Source: Chthoniobacterales bacterium (GTDB taxonomy: Bacteria; Verrucomicrobiota; Verrucomicrobiia; Chthoniobacterales; UBA10450). Taken from it: a stretch of DNA of 37,592 nt. This document shows positions 16,421 to 25,521 of the stretch, piece after piece (within the stretch, counting starts at the first letter, position 1; each line of letters starts with the position of its first letter). Where the stretch lies: positions 1-37,592 of the forward strand of contig JACCXA010000250.1 of NCBI GenBank assembly GCA_013697365.1, read 5' to 3'. A program made the position numbers and the translations under genes. The notes beneath the pieces were generated by a model, which saw only the letters and a list, made by a program, of their open reading frames with translations, was not told the origin of the DNA and did not search any database.

Positions 16421-18718
16421 TCACGTTATCTCCCCCACGATTTGCACTTCGGTTTCCAATTTGATGCCGCGTTTCGCGCGTGCGGCATCCTTGATCTTGT
16501 CGATCAACTCCAGCATCTCCACCGCGGTCGCGCCGCCATCGTTTACGATAAAATTCCCGTGCACCTCAGAGACGCGCGCTTTCCCAACTGCTGCATTCTT
16601 CAGGCCCAATTGGTCGACTAGTCTCCCCGCGGGGCACGCGTCCGGGTTCTTGAAGATACATCCCGCACTGGACGCGGCCGGTTGGCTCGCCCGCCTCTTT
16701 TTTTGCGATTCCTCCATTCGTGCTGCGATCTCTTCCGGCCGCGCGCGGTGCCCACGGAAGACAGCAGCGACAGCGAAATTGCGCACTAATGTCGGCACGT
16801 GCCGGTAGTGCACTTCCAAGTCGCCCGGACTTTTTGCGTGCGCGTTCCCCTCGGGATCAAGGTATCGGACCGAGACGACGTTCTCAAAGGTCTGCACGCC
16901 CATCGCGCCGGCGTTCATCCGCAACCCGCCGCCCACCGCGCCCGGAATTCCTTCCATCCATTCAAAGCCGCCGATGCCCTCACGCTTCCCTGCGTAGGCG
17001 ATCTCTTTCAGTTTCACACCGGCGCCCGCGGTAATCTCAACTCCTGCGACTTCGACTTTGTCGAAATCGCCTCCGGAAGGATGTACCACCACGCCCCTGA
17101 TCCCCCCATCCCGCACCAGCAGATTCGAGCCACGGCCAATCACAAACAGCGGGAGATTCTCGCGGCGACAGAAACGAATGATTCCGGCAAAGGCCTGCTC
17201 CTCACGCGGCTCAACCCAGAATTGCGCCGGTCCGCCAACGCGCAGAGTAGTGTGCTTCGCCAGCGGCTCGTAGAGACGCACCACGCCATCTGGACCAACG
17301 ATTTCCTGCAGCCGCTCCACGATGACCAGATCGGCAGCAAGCAACGAAAGTTGCTCGTGAATATTTCCTGCGCCCAGGCTCAGGACAAGATCTCCGTCCG
17401 CGATGATGTTCCCAACCTCGCGGTGCAGCCGGTTGAGCTGCGGCTGATAGGTCGCACCGCGATGGCCGTGCGCGCTCAACTCATCCACGATCGTCTGTCC
17501 GCTGATCCCGGGAATCGGCCGCTCGCTCGCCGGATAAACGTCGCCGACGAAGACCCGGTCCGAATCGTCGAAGGCCGCGCCAAACTCCTTTCGCAATGCT
17601 TTTGTGCGTGAATAGCGATGCGGTTGAAACATTGTCAGAACGCGATTGCGCCCGGTTGATTTTGCGGTCGCGATCGTGGCTCGGATCTCAGTCGGATGAT
17701 GGGCGTAATCATCCACCAGCAGGTAGCGCTCGCTGGCATACTTGATTTCGAAACGCCGGCGCGCGTGTTGGAAGTGACAGAGCGACGCCGCAACCTTCGC
17801 GAATGGAATTCCGATTTCAGTCGCGAGCGCGATCACGCCAAGAGCGTTGCTGACGTTGTGCCGGCCCGGCACGTTCAGGACCGCTTCGCCGAGTTGTTCC
17901 CCATGGCGATAAACACAGAAAACGGAGGCGAAATCGCGCAGCTCAATGTCGGCTCCGCGATAGTCGGCCATGGGGGAGAACCCGTAGGAAATTGGGCTCG
18001 ACCGATGGGCACAAATCCGTGTCGCGTTCGCATCGTCCGCGCAGTAGAAGACGCTGCCGGCGGTTTGATCCAGGAGCTGCGAATAGACGGCCTCGATCGC
18101 GGCAAGGTCTGCGTAAAAGTCGAGGTGCTCCTCTTCTATATTCAGGATGAGCGTGTGTTCCGGATGAAAAAATCGGAGCGTGCCGTCGCTCTCGTCACCT
18201 TCCGCGATGAAATGTCGGCCGCGCGGATTCCAATGCGCGTTCGAGCCCAAGATCGGAATCTCGGCGCCGACATAGTGCGAGGGCTGCAAACCACCTTCGC
18301 GGAAGACATGCGCCGCCATGGCCGAGGTCGTCGTCTTTCCGTGCATGCCGGCGATGACGATCCCTTGCTTCCCCAACATGATCGCGGCAAGCGCTTCCGC
18401 CCGGCGCAGGGTGGGCTTTCCCGTCGCGCGGGCGTGGGCCAGGATGGGGTTGTCGTCCTTAATCGCCGAAGAATAGACAACGAACTCTGCATCAGATGCA
18501 TCCTCTGCCGCATGCTGCATGTGAAAACGCAGGCCGAGGCGCTGCAGCCGCGCTGTCTCGAGCGAGCCCGCGCGATCCGACCCGCTGACCTGATGCCCCA
18601 GTTCGAGGAGCAAAGCCGCGATGCCGCTCATTCCGCTGCCGGCCACGCCGATCAGATGAATGCGATGCCGCTCCTGCGTAAGCTGTTTTTCCAGGTCGGC
18701 TTCCGGCGCGAGCATCAT
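16421..18718 (-). CDS. murC/murB: Bifunctional fusion: UDP-N-acetylmuramate--L-alanine ligase (MurC, N-terminal) / UDP-N-acetylenolpyruvoylglucosamine reductase (MurB, C-terminal)
   Basis: One uninterrupted 765-aa ORF. The first 465 residues or so are MurC-like (..HLIGVAGSGMSGIA.., ..GMHGKTTTSAM.., ..DDYAHHPTEI..). The rest is MurB-like (..LAKHTTLRVGGPA.., ..VIGRGSNLLV.., ..AGCIFKNP..). The junction is near nt 17300. Confidence 0.92.
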   Translation of the reverse strand: MMLAPEADLEKQLTQERHRIHLIGVAGSGMSGIAALLLELGHQVSGSDRAGSLETARLQRLGLRFHMQHAAEDASDAEFVVYSSAIKDDNPILAHARATGKPTLRRAEALAAIMLGKQGIVIAGMHGKTTTSAMAAHVFREGGLQPSHYVGAEIPILGSNAHWNPRGRHFIAEGDESDGTLRFFHPEHTLILNIEEEHLDFYADLAAIEAVYSQLLDQTAGSVFYCADDANATRICAHRSSPISYGFSPMADYRGADIELRDFASVFCVYRHGEQLGEAVLNVPGRHNVSNALGVIALATEIGIPFAKVAASLCHFQHARRRFEIKYASERYLLVDDYAHHPTEIRATIATAKSTGRNRVLTMFQPHRYSRTKALRKEFGAAFDDSDRVFVGDVYPASERPIPGISGQTIVDELSAHGHRGATYQPQLNRLHREVGNIIADGDLVLSLGAGNIHEQLSLLAADLVIVERLQEIVGPDGVVRLYEPLAKHTTLRVGGPAQFWVEPREEQAFAGIIRFCRRENLPLFVIGRGSNLLVRDGGIRGVVVHPSGGDFDKVEVAGVEITAGAGVKLKEIAYAGKREGIGGFEWMEGIPGAVGGGLRMNAGAMGVQTFENVVSVRYLDPEGNAHAKSPGDLEVHYRHVPTLVRNFAVAAVFRGHRARPEEIAARMEESQKKRRASQPAASSAGCIFKNPDACPAGRLVDQLGLKNAAVGKARVSEVHGNFIVNDGGATAVEMLELIDKIKDAARAKRGIKLETEVQIVGEIT

Positions 18719-19803
18719 GTCGTTTGCGTATACTTCTCCATCGTGTCGACGACAAGGTTGGCCGCGTTTTTCGGCGCGAGCTGTGCGCAGTTTTCTGCCA
18801 TGCGTTGCAAACGCGCGGGGTCGCCGATTAGCTCGCGAATCTTGCGCGCCAGCAGGTCACCCGAAAGTTCTGCTTCGCGTAACAAGATAGCGGCTTCTGC
18901 GCGGGCGAAGATCTCTGCGTTACATGTCTGATGGTCGTCCGCCGCGTAGGGGAATGGGATCAGGAGCGAAGGCAACGAGAAGGCGGCCAGCTCGGAGAGA
19001 CTAGCCGCGCCCGAACGAGCGATTGCCAGATCGGCCGCGCTGTAGACTTCCTCCATCGCATGATGAAACGCGGCGACGTAAGCCGGGATGTTTTCTCGCT
19101 GATAGTTGTCGGCTGCGAGCCGTTCATCGCGTGCGCCGGAAAGATGAATGACCTGGAAGGCCTCACCTTGCAGCGACGGCAGTGACTTGATGATCGATTG
19201 ATTGATTCCGCTCGCACCCTGACTTCCGCCCATAACCAGAAGCGTAAGCAGATCCTCGCGCAGACCGAGCTTCCGCCGCGCCGCGGCCCGATCCATGCGC
19301 TGAAGCTCCGCCCTGATGGGTGTGCCAGTGACTTCGGTCCGGACCTTCGGGAAAAACTGGGCGGCTTCTTTAAATCCGAGCAAGACGGCGCGCACCATCC
19401 GCGCTGTCAGACGATTGGCTTTTCCTGGAAAGGCATTCGATTCATGGATGAAGGTTGGAATCCGCCGCATCCGCCCCGCCAGAATCGGCGCGGTCGAAGT
19501 AAATCCCCCCATCCCGAGGACAACGTGCGGGTTGAACTTGCGATAGATCTGCCGGCAGCGCGTGAGGCTTTCGTTGAAGCGCTGCATGAAACGCACGATG
19601 GCCGGTGAGAAGGGCGAGGGCAGGCCGATGGTCGGCAGCTTTTCGAACCGGAAGTCAGGATGACTGGAAAGCGCGACGCTATCGATCTCCTTTTCGGAAA
19701 CGAAAAGCATGACTTCGTGGCCGCGTGCGCGCATGACTTCAGCGACCGCGAGACCGGGGAAGAGATGGCCGCCCGTTCCGCCGCATGCAATGACAGCGTT
19801 CAT
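18715..19803 (-). CDS. murG: Undecaprenyldiphospho-muramoylpentapeptide beta-N-acetylglucosaminyltransferase MurG
   Basis: ..IACGGTGGHLFPGLAVAE... GT28 architecture. The stop overlaps the murC start by 4 nt. Confidence 0.95.
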   Translation of the reverse strand: MNAVIACGGTGGHLFPGLAVAEVMRARGHEVMLFVSEKEIDSVALSSHPDFRFEKLPTIGLPSPFSPAIVRFMQRFNESLTRCRQIYRKFNPHVVLGMGGFTSTAPILAGRMRRIPTFIHESNAFPGKANRLTARMVRAVLLGFKEAAQFFPKVRTEVTGTPIRAELQRMDRAAARRKLGLREDLLTLLVMGGSQGASGINQSIIKSLPSLQGEAFQVIHLSGARDERLAADNYQRENIPAYVAAFHHAMEEVYSAADLAIARSGAASLSELAAFSLPSLLIPFPYAADDHQTCNAEIFARAEAAILLREAELSGDLLARKIRELIGDPARLQRMAENCAQLAPKNAANLVVDTMEKYTQTT

Positions 19804-20946
19804 CTAGATTCTGGGCGTGGATCGCGCCTGCATGGTCGAGCGTTTCGTGTTTACCGGCTCGAGCACGCCTCGCCGGTAGATACTGATTAAGACTCCGATG
19901 CCGAAAAGGCAGGCCGCCAGGTTGGACCCTCCGTAACTGATAAAAGGCAGCGGCAGGCCTTTGTTCGGCAGAAGCGAAGTGGTCACGCCGATGTTGACCG
20001 CCGCTTGCAGGCCGAGGAGCGAAATCACTCCCGAGCCCAGGAGTAAACCGAAACGATCCTTCGCGTGCAGCGCGATCATCGTTCCGCAAATGATGATAAC
20101 CACGAAGAGGAAGACCACGAGCAGACTGATGCGCAGACCAAGTTCTTCGCCGATCATCGGGAAGATGAAGTCGGTGTGCGCGTAAGGCAGATAAGCCATC
20201 TTCTGCCGACCCTCGCCGAGGCCCACGCCCTCGATTCCCCCGCTGCCCCAGGCGATGAGCGCCTGCCATTGCTGAAGCCCGGCACCTTCTTTGTACATTT
20301 CGGGATGCATGAACGCAGTCAGCCGCCCCATGCGCTCTCGCATTGTCATGGCGACAAACAAGATTCCCCCGACGCCTGCCATCGACAGAAAACCGAGAAT
20401 GATGGGGCTTGTTCCCGCCACGAACATCATGACAAAAGCGGTCGCGCCGATCAGCGCCGTCGTGCCGAGGTCTACTTCCGTGACAATGAGCGCAAGCAGA
20501 ATGCTAATCACGCTCAACGGGATGATGAAACCTTGCAGAAAACGGCCGCTGTTCTTCTCATTTCTAGCGAACCAGTAGGCGAGGAAAAAGACCGCGGCGA
20601 TCTTGGCCAGTTCGGACGGTTGGAAATTCATTCCGCCGAGCCCGATCCAACGCCGTGAGCCATTGATCCGCATGCCGATGGGCGGCAGGAAGCAGAGAGC
20701 GAGCGCGACCACCGCCAGACCGAACCAGATCCACCACGTCCGTCCCCAAAAATGGTAATCGGTCGTCGCCGCGACCGCGCAAACGACGAGCCCAAAACAA
20801 AGCCAGACCGATTGACGCTTCACGAAGAAGTAGACGTCATTGTGGCTGTCCTTCGCGAAGGCGCTCGTGCTGAAGAGCATGACGATCCCAATCACGAGCA
20901 TCCCCAGCACGGCCAGGAAGAGGATGTAGGCGCTGTTGCGGTGCAT
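19804..20946 (-). CDS. ftsW: Peptidoglycan glycosyltransferase FtsW (SEDS family)
   Basis: Ten-helix SEDS-like ORF with ..QPSELAKI.. and ..LPNKGLPLPFISYGGSN... The stop abuts the murG ATG with no gap. Confidence 0.92.
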   Translation of the reverse strand: MHRNSAYILFLAVLGMLVIGIVMLFSTSAFAKDSHNDVYFFVKRQSVWLCFGLVVCAVAATTDYHFWGRTWWIWFGLAVVALALCFLPPIGMRINGSRRWIGLGGMNFQPSELAKIAAVFFLAYWFARNEKNSGRFLQGFIIPLSVISILLALIVTEVDLGTTALIGATAFVMMFVAGTSPIILGFLSMAGVGGILFVAMTMRERMGRLTAFMHPEMYKEGAGLQQWQALIAWGSGGIEGVGLGEGRQKMAYLPYAHTDFIFPMIGEELGLRISLLVVFLFVVIIICGTMIALHAKDRFGLLLGSGVISLLGLQAAVNIGVTTSLLPNKGLPLPFISYGGSNLAACLFGIGVLISIYRRGVLEPVNTKRSTMQARSTPRI

Positions 20947-20961
20947 GGCTGGTCAGTGGAG

Positions 20962-21116
20962 GCCACGGATGAACACACATGAAACACGGCTGAAGACGGG
21001 GGCGGAGGACACGTATCGGAGAAAAATGCATTCATGTTCATCCACACATTTCGAACAACGTGCCGCGCCGTCCCTACCCTTTCCGAATCCGTGTTTCATC
21101 CGTGTTGGTCCGTGGC
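20962..21116. repeat. Inverted repeat (28-nt arms at 20962..20989 and 21089..21116, 24/28 complementary) with a 99-nt spacer, between the LysM gene and ftsW
   Basis: Arm 1: GCCACGGATGAACACACATGAAACACGG. Reverse complement of arm 2: GCCACGGACCAACACGGATGAAACACGG. The arms are built from CACGGATGAA-like subrepeats. A degenerate third copy (CATGTTCATCCACACAT) lies in the spacer. Confidence 0.75.
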
Positions 21117-21120
21117 TAGA

Positions 21121-21669
21121 TCAATTCCCTGCTTTGGTCTTCGGCTTCTTCGAAGCCGGGACGATCAGCCTCTGCCCGATCTGTAGCTTGCGCGGGTCGT
21201 CGATATGATTCACGGCGAGCAGCTCGCTTTCCGTGACTTTCAGCTTCTTCGCGATCTTCACTGGATTATCGCCCTTCGCCACCACGTAGAAGTTTCCCGC
21301 TTCCGAACCAACGGGCAGCGCCCTGGGGACCTTGCTTGCCTCCGGTTTCGTCTCACTCGTTAGGCTGTTCGCAAGACTCGCTGGTGTCTCCGTCTTCGCT
21401 TGCGCAACGGGCGCGGCCTCCACCGCAACCGGCGACGTGGAAACTTTTGGCGGCGGAAAGGCGCCCTGGCGGCTCTTGATTGTGTTGAACGCGATGATGC
21501 CCGCCACGGCCACGACATGCAGCACGAGCACGATCAAGAGCGCACGCGACAGCTTCATGTTCGGCTCGGACATTTCCTCGTAGTCCATCTCATCGGACGC
21601 AGCCATCGACCGGCGCGCCGTGCTGGCGCGGAGCTTCTTCTTGCGAATGAGCAACTGGGGTATTTTCAT
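21121..21669 (-). CDS. Bitopic membrane protein with C-terminal LysM peptidoglycan-binding domain
   Basis: Start placed at the internal Met (MKIPQLLIRKKK), 11 nt after the murD stop. One TM (ALLIVLVLHVVAVAGIIAF), a Pro/Ala/Ser-rich linker, then a LysM motif ..YVVAKGDNPVKIAKKLKVTESELLAVNHIDDPRKLQIGQRLIVP... Confidence 0.8.
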   Translation of the reverse strand: MKIPQLLIRKKKLRASTARRSMAASDEMDYEEMSEPNMKLSRALLIVLVLHVVAVAGIIAFNTIKSRQGAFPPPKVSTSPVAVEAAPVAQAKTETPASLANSLTSETKPEASKVPRALPVGSEAGNFYVVAKGDNPVKIAKKLKVTESELLAVNHIDDPRKLQIGQRLIVPASKKPKTKAGN

Positions 21670-21680
21670 CAGGATTATTT

Positions 21681-23000
21681 TTACAGGGCGTGCACGAGGG
21701 CACGGAATTGATCGCCGCGATCGGCGTAGCTCTTGAACATGTCGAAGGAGGAAGTGCCGGGAGAGAAAAGGACGACTTCGCCCGGCCGCGCCACGGTGTG
21801 CGCGCGTTCTACCGCATTCGCAATGGAATGCGCGACCTGACAAGGCACCGCGCCCTCCCAATCATGGGAGATTCGGTCCGCCATTTCGCCGATCAGGATG
21901 GTGGCGCGGACTTTCTCTCCGACCAGGGAACGAAGCGCATCGTAGGCGAACCCTTTGTCTTTCCCGCCGGCAATAAGCACAATCGGCTTGCTCTGGGCCA
22001 GAAGTGCTTTCTCGACCGCGTGGAGATTCGTCGCCTTGGAATCATTGATGTAAACCACGCCCTCAAGTTCGCGCACGAATTCAAGCCGGTGCGGCCGGGG
22101 CTGGTAGGCGCAGAGCGGCGGCACCATCTGCTCAAAGGAAAGGCCGCGCGCGAGGCCGACTGCGAGCGTGGCCATCAAATTCTCGATGTTGTGCGACCCG
22201 CGCAGCTTCGTCTCGGCAAGGCGTAGGACGGGAATTCCTTTGTAAACGATCGCGCCTTCCGCGAGCCGAAAATCGGCCTGGTCTTCGTAGGCGCTGAACG
22301 TGACGATGCGCGCCTTCAGCGGCGGCAGGCTCTCGGCCGCGTTTAGCACCGCGACATCCTCCGCGGTCTGAAAGTCGAAGATCCGCAGTTTGGCCGCCCG
22401 GTATTCGCCTAACGAGCGGTAGCGATCGAGATGATCGGGCGCAAAGTTTAGCCAGACGCTGATGGAAGGCTGGAAGGTGGTGATGGTTTCGAGTTGGAAA
22501 GAGCTGACTTCGACTGTCAGCACATCCAGATCACGCCCTTCGCGTGCGACTTCCGAGAGGGGCTTGCCGATGTTACCGCAGGCGATCGTCTTTTGTCCGC
22601 AGGCGTTCAACATCTGTGCCAGCAACTCGGTTGTGGTCGTCTTCCCGTTCGTGCCCGTGATCGCCACCACCGGTAATCCGCAGGAACGCCAGCCGAGTTC
22701 CAGTTCCCCCAGCATCTCGATCCCGCGCGAAGAGAAGTTGCGCGCGAGGGTTGAGGCGGGATCGATCCCCGGACTCAGCACGACCATTTCGTAGTGCCCT
22801 GCATCGCGCTCCGCGCCGGGTCCGCAGATCGCTTCGATGCCCTTCGCGCGCATCCCCTCCAGCGTGGTCCTGAGGATGGTTTTTTCTTCCGCGCTATCGA
22901 GGACGGTCACCAGCGCCCCTTCGTCCTTGAGGAGGTGCGCGGCGGCCGTGCCGCTCAGCCCCGCTCCCAGCACTGCCACTTTTCGATCGGTATAGCGCAC
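21681..23000 (-). CDS. murD: UDP-N-acetylmuramoylalanine--D-glutamate ligase MurD
   Basis: ..KVAVLGAGLSGTAAA.., ..AITGTNGKTTTT... The track ORF (to 23480) overlaps mraY for 475 nt. The in-frame GTG at 23000 (M-RYTDRKVAVLG) lies 5 nt after the mraY stop. Confidence 0.92.
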   Translation of the reverse strand: MRYTDRKVAVLGAGLSGTAAAHLLKDEGALVTVLDSAEEKTILRTTLEGMRAKGIEAICGPGAERDAGHYEMVVLSPGIDPASTLARNFSSRGIEMLGELELGWRSCGLPVVAITGTNGKTTTTELLAQMLNACGQKTIACGNIGKPLSEVAREGRDLDVLTVEVSSFQLETITTFQPSISVWLNFAPDHLDRYRSLGEYRAAKLRIFDFQTAEDVAVLNAAESLPPLKARIVTFSAYEDQADFRLAEGAIVYKGIPVLRLAETKLRGSHNIENLMATLAVGLARGLSFEQMVPPLCAYQPRPHRLEFVRELEGVVYINDSKATNLHAVEKALLAQSKPIVLIAGGKDKGFAYDALRSLVGEKVRATILIGEMADRISHDWEGAVPCQVAHSIANAVERAHTVARPGEVVLFSPGTSSFDMFKSYADRGDQFRALVHAL

Positions 23001-23005
23001 GCTGT

Positions 23006-24106
23006 TTACCTGAGCTTGAGGGTGGCGAGGCCGAGGAGGGCAAAGACCGCGGAGAGAATCCAAAAACGCACGATGACGGTGTTCTCTTTCCATCCGCTCA
23101 ATTCGAAATGGTGATGGATCGGTGACATCGCAAAGATGCGTTTGCCGGTCATCTTGAAGCTCATGACCTGGAGAATGACGGAAGCCGCTTCGATCACGAA
23201 AACCCCCCCGACAACCATGAGAAGCAGTTCCTGTTTGCAACAAATCGCGACGACGCCAATCAGGCCGCCGATAGCGAGCGAACCGGTGTCGCCCATGAAA
23301 ACTTTCGCGGGATAGCAATTGAACCAGAGGAAGCCCAGGCCTGCTCCGACGAGCGCGGAACAGACGACCGTCAGCTCCCCGGCGAATTGGTAAAAGGGAA
23401 CCTGGAGATATTCGGCGATCCGGAAATTGCCCGCCGCATAGGTCAGCAGAGCGTAGGCGAACGCGACCGTGATCGTGCAACCCGTCGCAAGGCCGTCGAG
23501 GCCATCGGTCAGGTTGACCGCGTTGGATGCCCCCGCGATGACAATGGCGAAAAAGACGAAAGTGAAGAGCCCCATGTTCGCGATAAGGGGCGCTTTAAAG
23601 AACGGGACGTAAAGTGATCGCGCCTGCACCTGCAAGGCGGGATGCGTGAGGAAGACGACCGTGACGACCGCCGCCACTGCCAGTTGAATCGTGAGCTTCA
23701 CGCGGCCGCTGACGCCATCTGATTTCTTCTTCGTGACCTTGAGGTAGTCATCGGCGAAACCGAGTGCCCCGAGAATGCTCATGGCAAAGAGTCCGAGCCA
23801 AACAAAGCGATTGTCTGGCCTCGCCCAGAGAACACTGGCGACGAGGACAGCGGCGATGATGAGCACGCCGCCCATAGTCGGGACGCCCTTTTTGCCGCCG
23901 TGCAGCTCGGCCAGACGATGGACTTCCGCCGCGGTGCGGATGGGCTGACCGACTTTCAGCGAGATCAACTTGCGAATGATGAAGTTCCCGCAAATCAACG
24001 AGATGGTGAAGGCCGTGATGGCCGCGGCGACGGCGCGGAACGTGACATAGGTAAACACGTTCATCCCGCCGAAGCGGTCGTCGAACAGATGCAGGTAGTA
24101 CATCAT
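23006..24106 (-). CDS. mraY: Phospho-N-acetylmuramoyl-pentapeptide transferase MraY
   Basis: ..GKKGVPTMGGVLI.., ..NLTDGLDGLA.., ..FMGDTGSL.., ..PIHHHFE... The start overlaps the murF stop by 4 nt. Confidence 0.95.
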   Translation of the reverse strand: MMYYLHLFDDRFGGMNVFTYVTFRAVAAAITAFTISLICGNFIIRKLISLKVGQPIRTAAEVHRLAELHGGKKGVPTMGGVLIIAAVLVASVLWARPDNRFVWLGLFAMSILGALGFADDYLKVTKKKSDGVSGRVKLTIQLAVAAVVTVVFLTHPALQVQARSLYVPFFKAPLIANMGLFTFVFFAIVIAGASNAVNLTDGLDGLATGCTITVAFAYALLTYAAGNFRIAEYLQVPFYQFAGELTVVCSALVGAGLGFLWFNCYPAKVFMGDTGSLAIGGLIGVVAICCKQELLLMVVGGVFVIEAASVILQVMSFKMTGKRIFAMSPIHHHFELSGWKENTVIVRFWILSAVFALLGLATLKLR

Positions 24107-25494
24107 AATGCCGCCCCCGCCGGTGCCCGGCTTTCGAATTCTTCCAGGACCAATTCGGTGCGCGCGGAGCGGCTGCCTTTCACAAGAACGAGATCACCGG
24201 GCGAGGTGATTTCAGTGAGTAGCTCCGCGGCTTCCAATGCGCTGGCGACATTTGTCGTTCGCTCGAGACCAGCGGCCCGCGCGGCTTCACCGATGCGCGC
24301 TCCTATCTCGCCAATCGTAATGAGGTGATCGAGCCGCAGGCTTGCGGCAGTTTCACCGACTTCCGCGTGGCCTCGCGCCGATTCGGCGCCGAGTTCACCC
24401 ATGTGGCCCAGGACAGCTAAGCGCTGTCCCTCCGCTTCAAGTTCGACGAGCGTCCGGAGCGCGGCCTTCATCGACTCGGGATTGGCGTTGTAACTATCAT
24501 CGAGAAATTGCACTCCGCGGATGGCGCGTAATTGCAGGCGCGCTTTCGTCAACGGCGTCGAGGCCAGGCCGGCCGCGCAATCTTCCAGGGAAAGGCCTAA
24601 AGCCCGGCCCGCGGCAATGGCGAGCATGGCATTTTGAACCATGTGCAACCCGGGCACCGGAAGCTGCGCCCGGCAGCGGTGCGCTCCTTCAAGAATGGTG
24701 AATTCGGAGCCTTCCGCGCTTTGGCGAATGTCCTCCGCGCGGACGGAACCGCTTTTGATTCCAGCGAGAATTATCTTGGCGGACGTACGGCGCGCGATCG
24801 TTTCGCTGAATGGATCGTCCGCATTCAAAATTACCGTGCCTCCGCTCCCGACGGCTTCGGCGAGGGAGCCTTTCTCGAGAGCGATCGCTTCACGCGACCC
24901 CATAAACTCGAGATGCGCGATGCCGATGTTTGTGATGATCGCAATATCAGGGGCGGCGATTCGGGCGAGCAGTGCAATCTCGCCGGGATGGTTCATGCCT
25001 AGCTCCCAGACGGCAATCTCATCGTCCGCGCTCGCTTCGAGGATGGTGCGCGGCAGACCAACGTGATTGTTGAAATTGCCCTCCGTCCTGGTGACGCGGA
25101 AACGGTGGGCAAGCACGGCGGCGACAAAATCCTTCGTGCTCGTTTTGCCGTTGCTGCCGGTAATTGCGATGACCTTCAGGCCAAGCGATCGCCGATAACC
25201 GGCAGCAATCTGCTGGTAGGCGAGGAGGGTGTCGGGAACGCGGATGATGGCGAAACTCTCCAGCACGTGACCGCTCCAGCTTTGCTCGACCAGAGCGCCG
25301 GCCGCACGGCGTTCCGCTGTTTGAGCAACAAAGCGGTGACCATCGAAATTATCGCCACGGATCGGAAGGAAGAGGTCGCCCGGCAAAATCGTGCGCGAGT
25401 CAGTGCTGATGCGAGAGATGGTTGTGGTCGCATCGCCCGATGCAATGACGCCGTGCGCGAACTCTGCGATGACCGAAAGAGAAAGAGCGTCCAT
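24103..25494 (-). CDS. murF: UDP-N-acetylmuramoyl-tripeptide--D-alanyl-D-alanine ligase MurF
   Basis: ..ISTDSRTILPGDLFLPIRGDNFDGHRF.., ..AITGSNGKTSTK... The start is placed at the internal Met (MDALSLSV). The 21-codon extension of the track ORF runs into the inverted-repeat element. Confidence 0.93.
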   Translation of the reverse strand: MDALSLSVIAEFAHGVIASGDATTTISRISTDSRTILPGDLFLPIRGDNFDGHRFVAQTAERRAAGALVEQSWSGHVLESFAIIRVPDTLLAYQQIAAGYRRSLGLKVIAITGSNGKTSTKDFVAAVLAHRFRVTRTEGNFNNHVGLPRTILEASADDEIAVWELGMNHPGEIALLARIAAPDIAIITNIGIAHLEFMGSREAIALEKGSLAEAVGSGGTVILNADDPFSETIARRTSAKIILAGIKSGSVRAEDIRQSAEGSEFTILEGAHRCRAQLPVPGLHMVQNAMLAIAAGRALGLSLEDCAAGLASTPLTKARLQLRAIRGVQFLDDSYNANPESMKAALRTLVELEAEGQRLAVLGHMGELGAESARGHAEVGETAASLRLDHLITIGEIGARIGEAARAAGLERTTNVASALEAAELLTEITSPGDLVLVKGSRSARTELVLEEFESRAPAGAAL

Positions 25495-25521
25495 CTGTTT
25501 ATGGGGCTCCGAGAAACTGCT

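Noticed and set aside
16799-18931. Long plus-strand ORFs (270 aa and 411 aa) antisense to murC-murB and murG
   Set aside because: Arg-rich composition with no family signatures. They are fully embedded antisense in strongly supported Mur genes. The same applies to the other antisense or off-frame ORFs longer than 150 aa, for example 1334..2143, 13298..14068, 21690..22226 and 36639..37424.
23001-23480. Upstream extension of the murD ORF (599-aa version)
   Set aside because: It overlaps mraY for 475 nt and has Arg-rich junk composition. The MurD N-terminal Rossmann motif begins right after the GTG at 23000.
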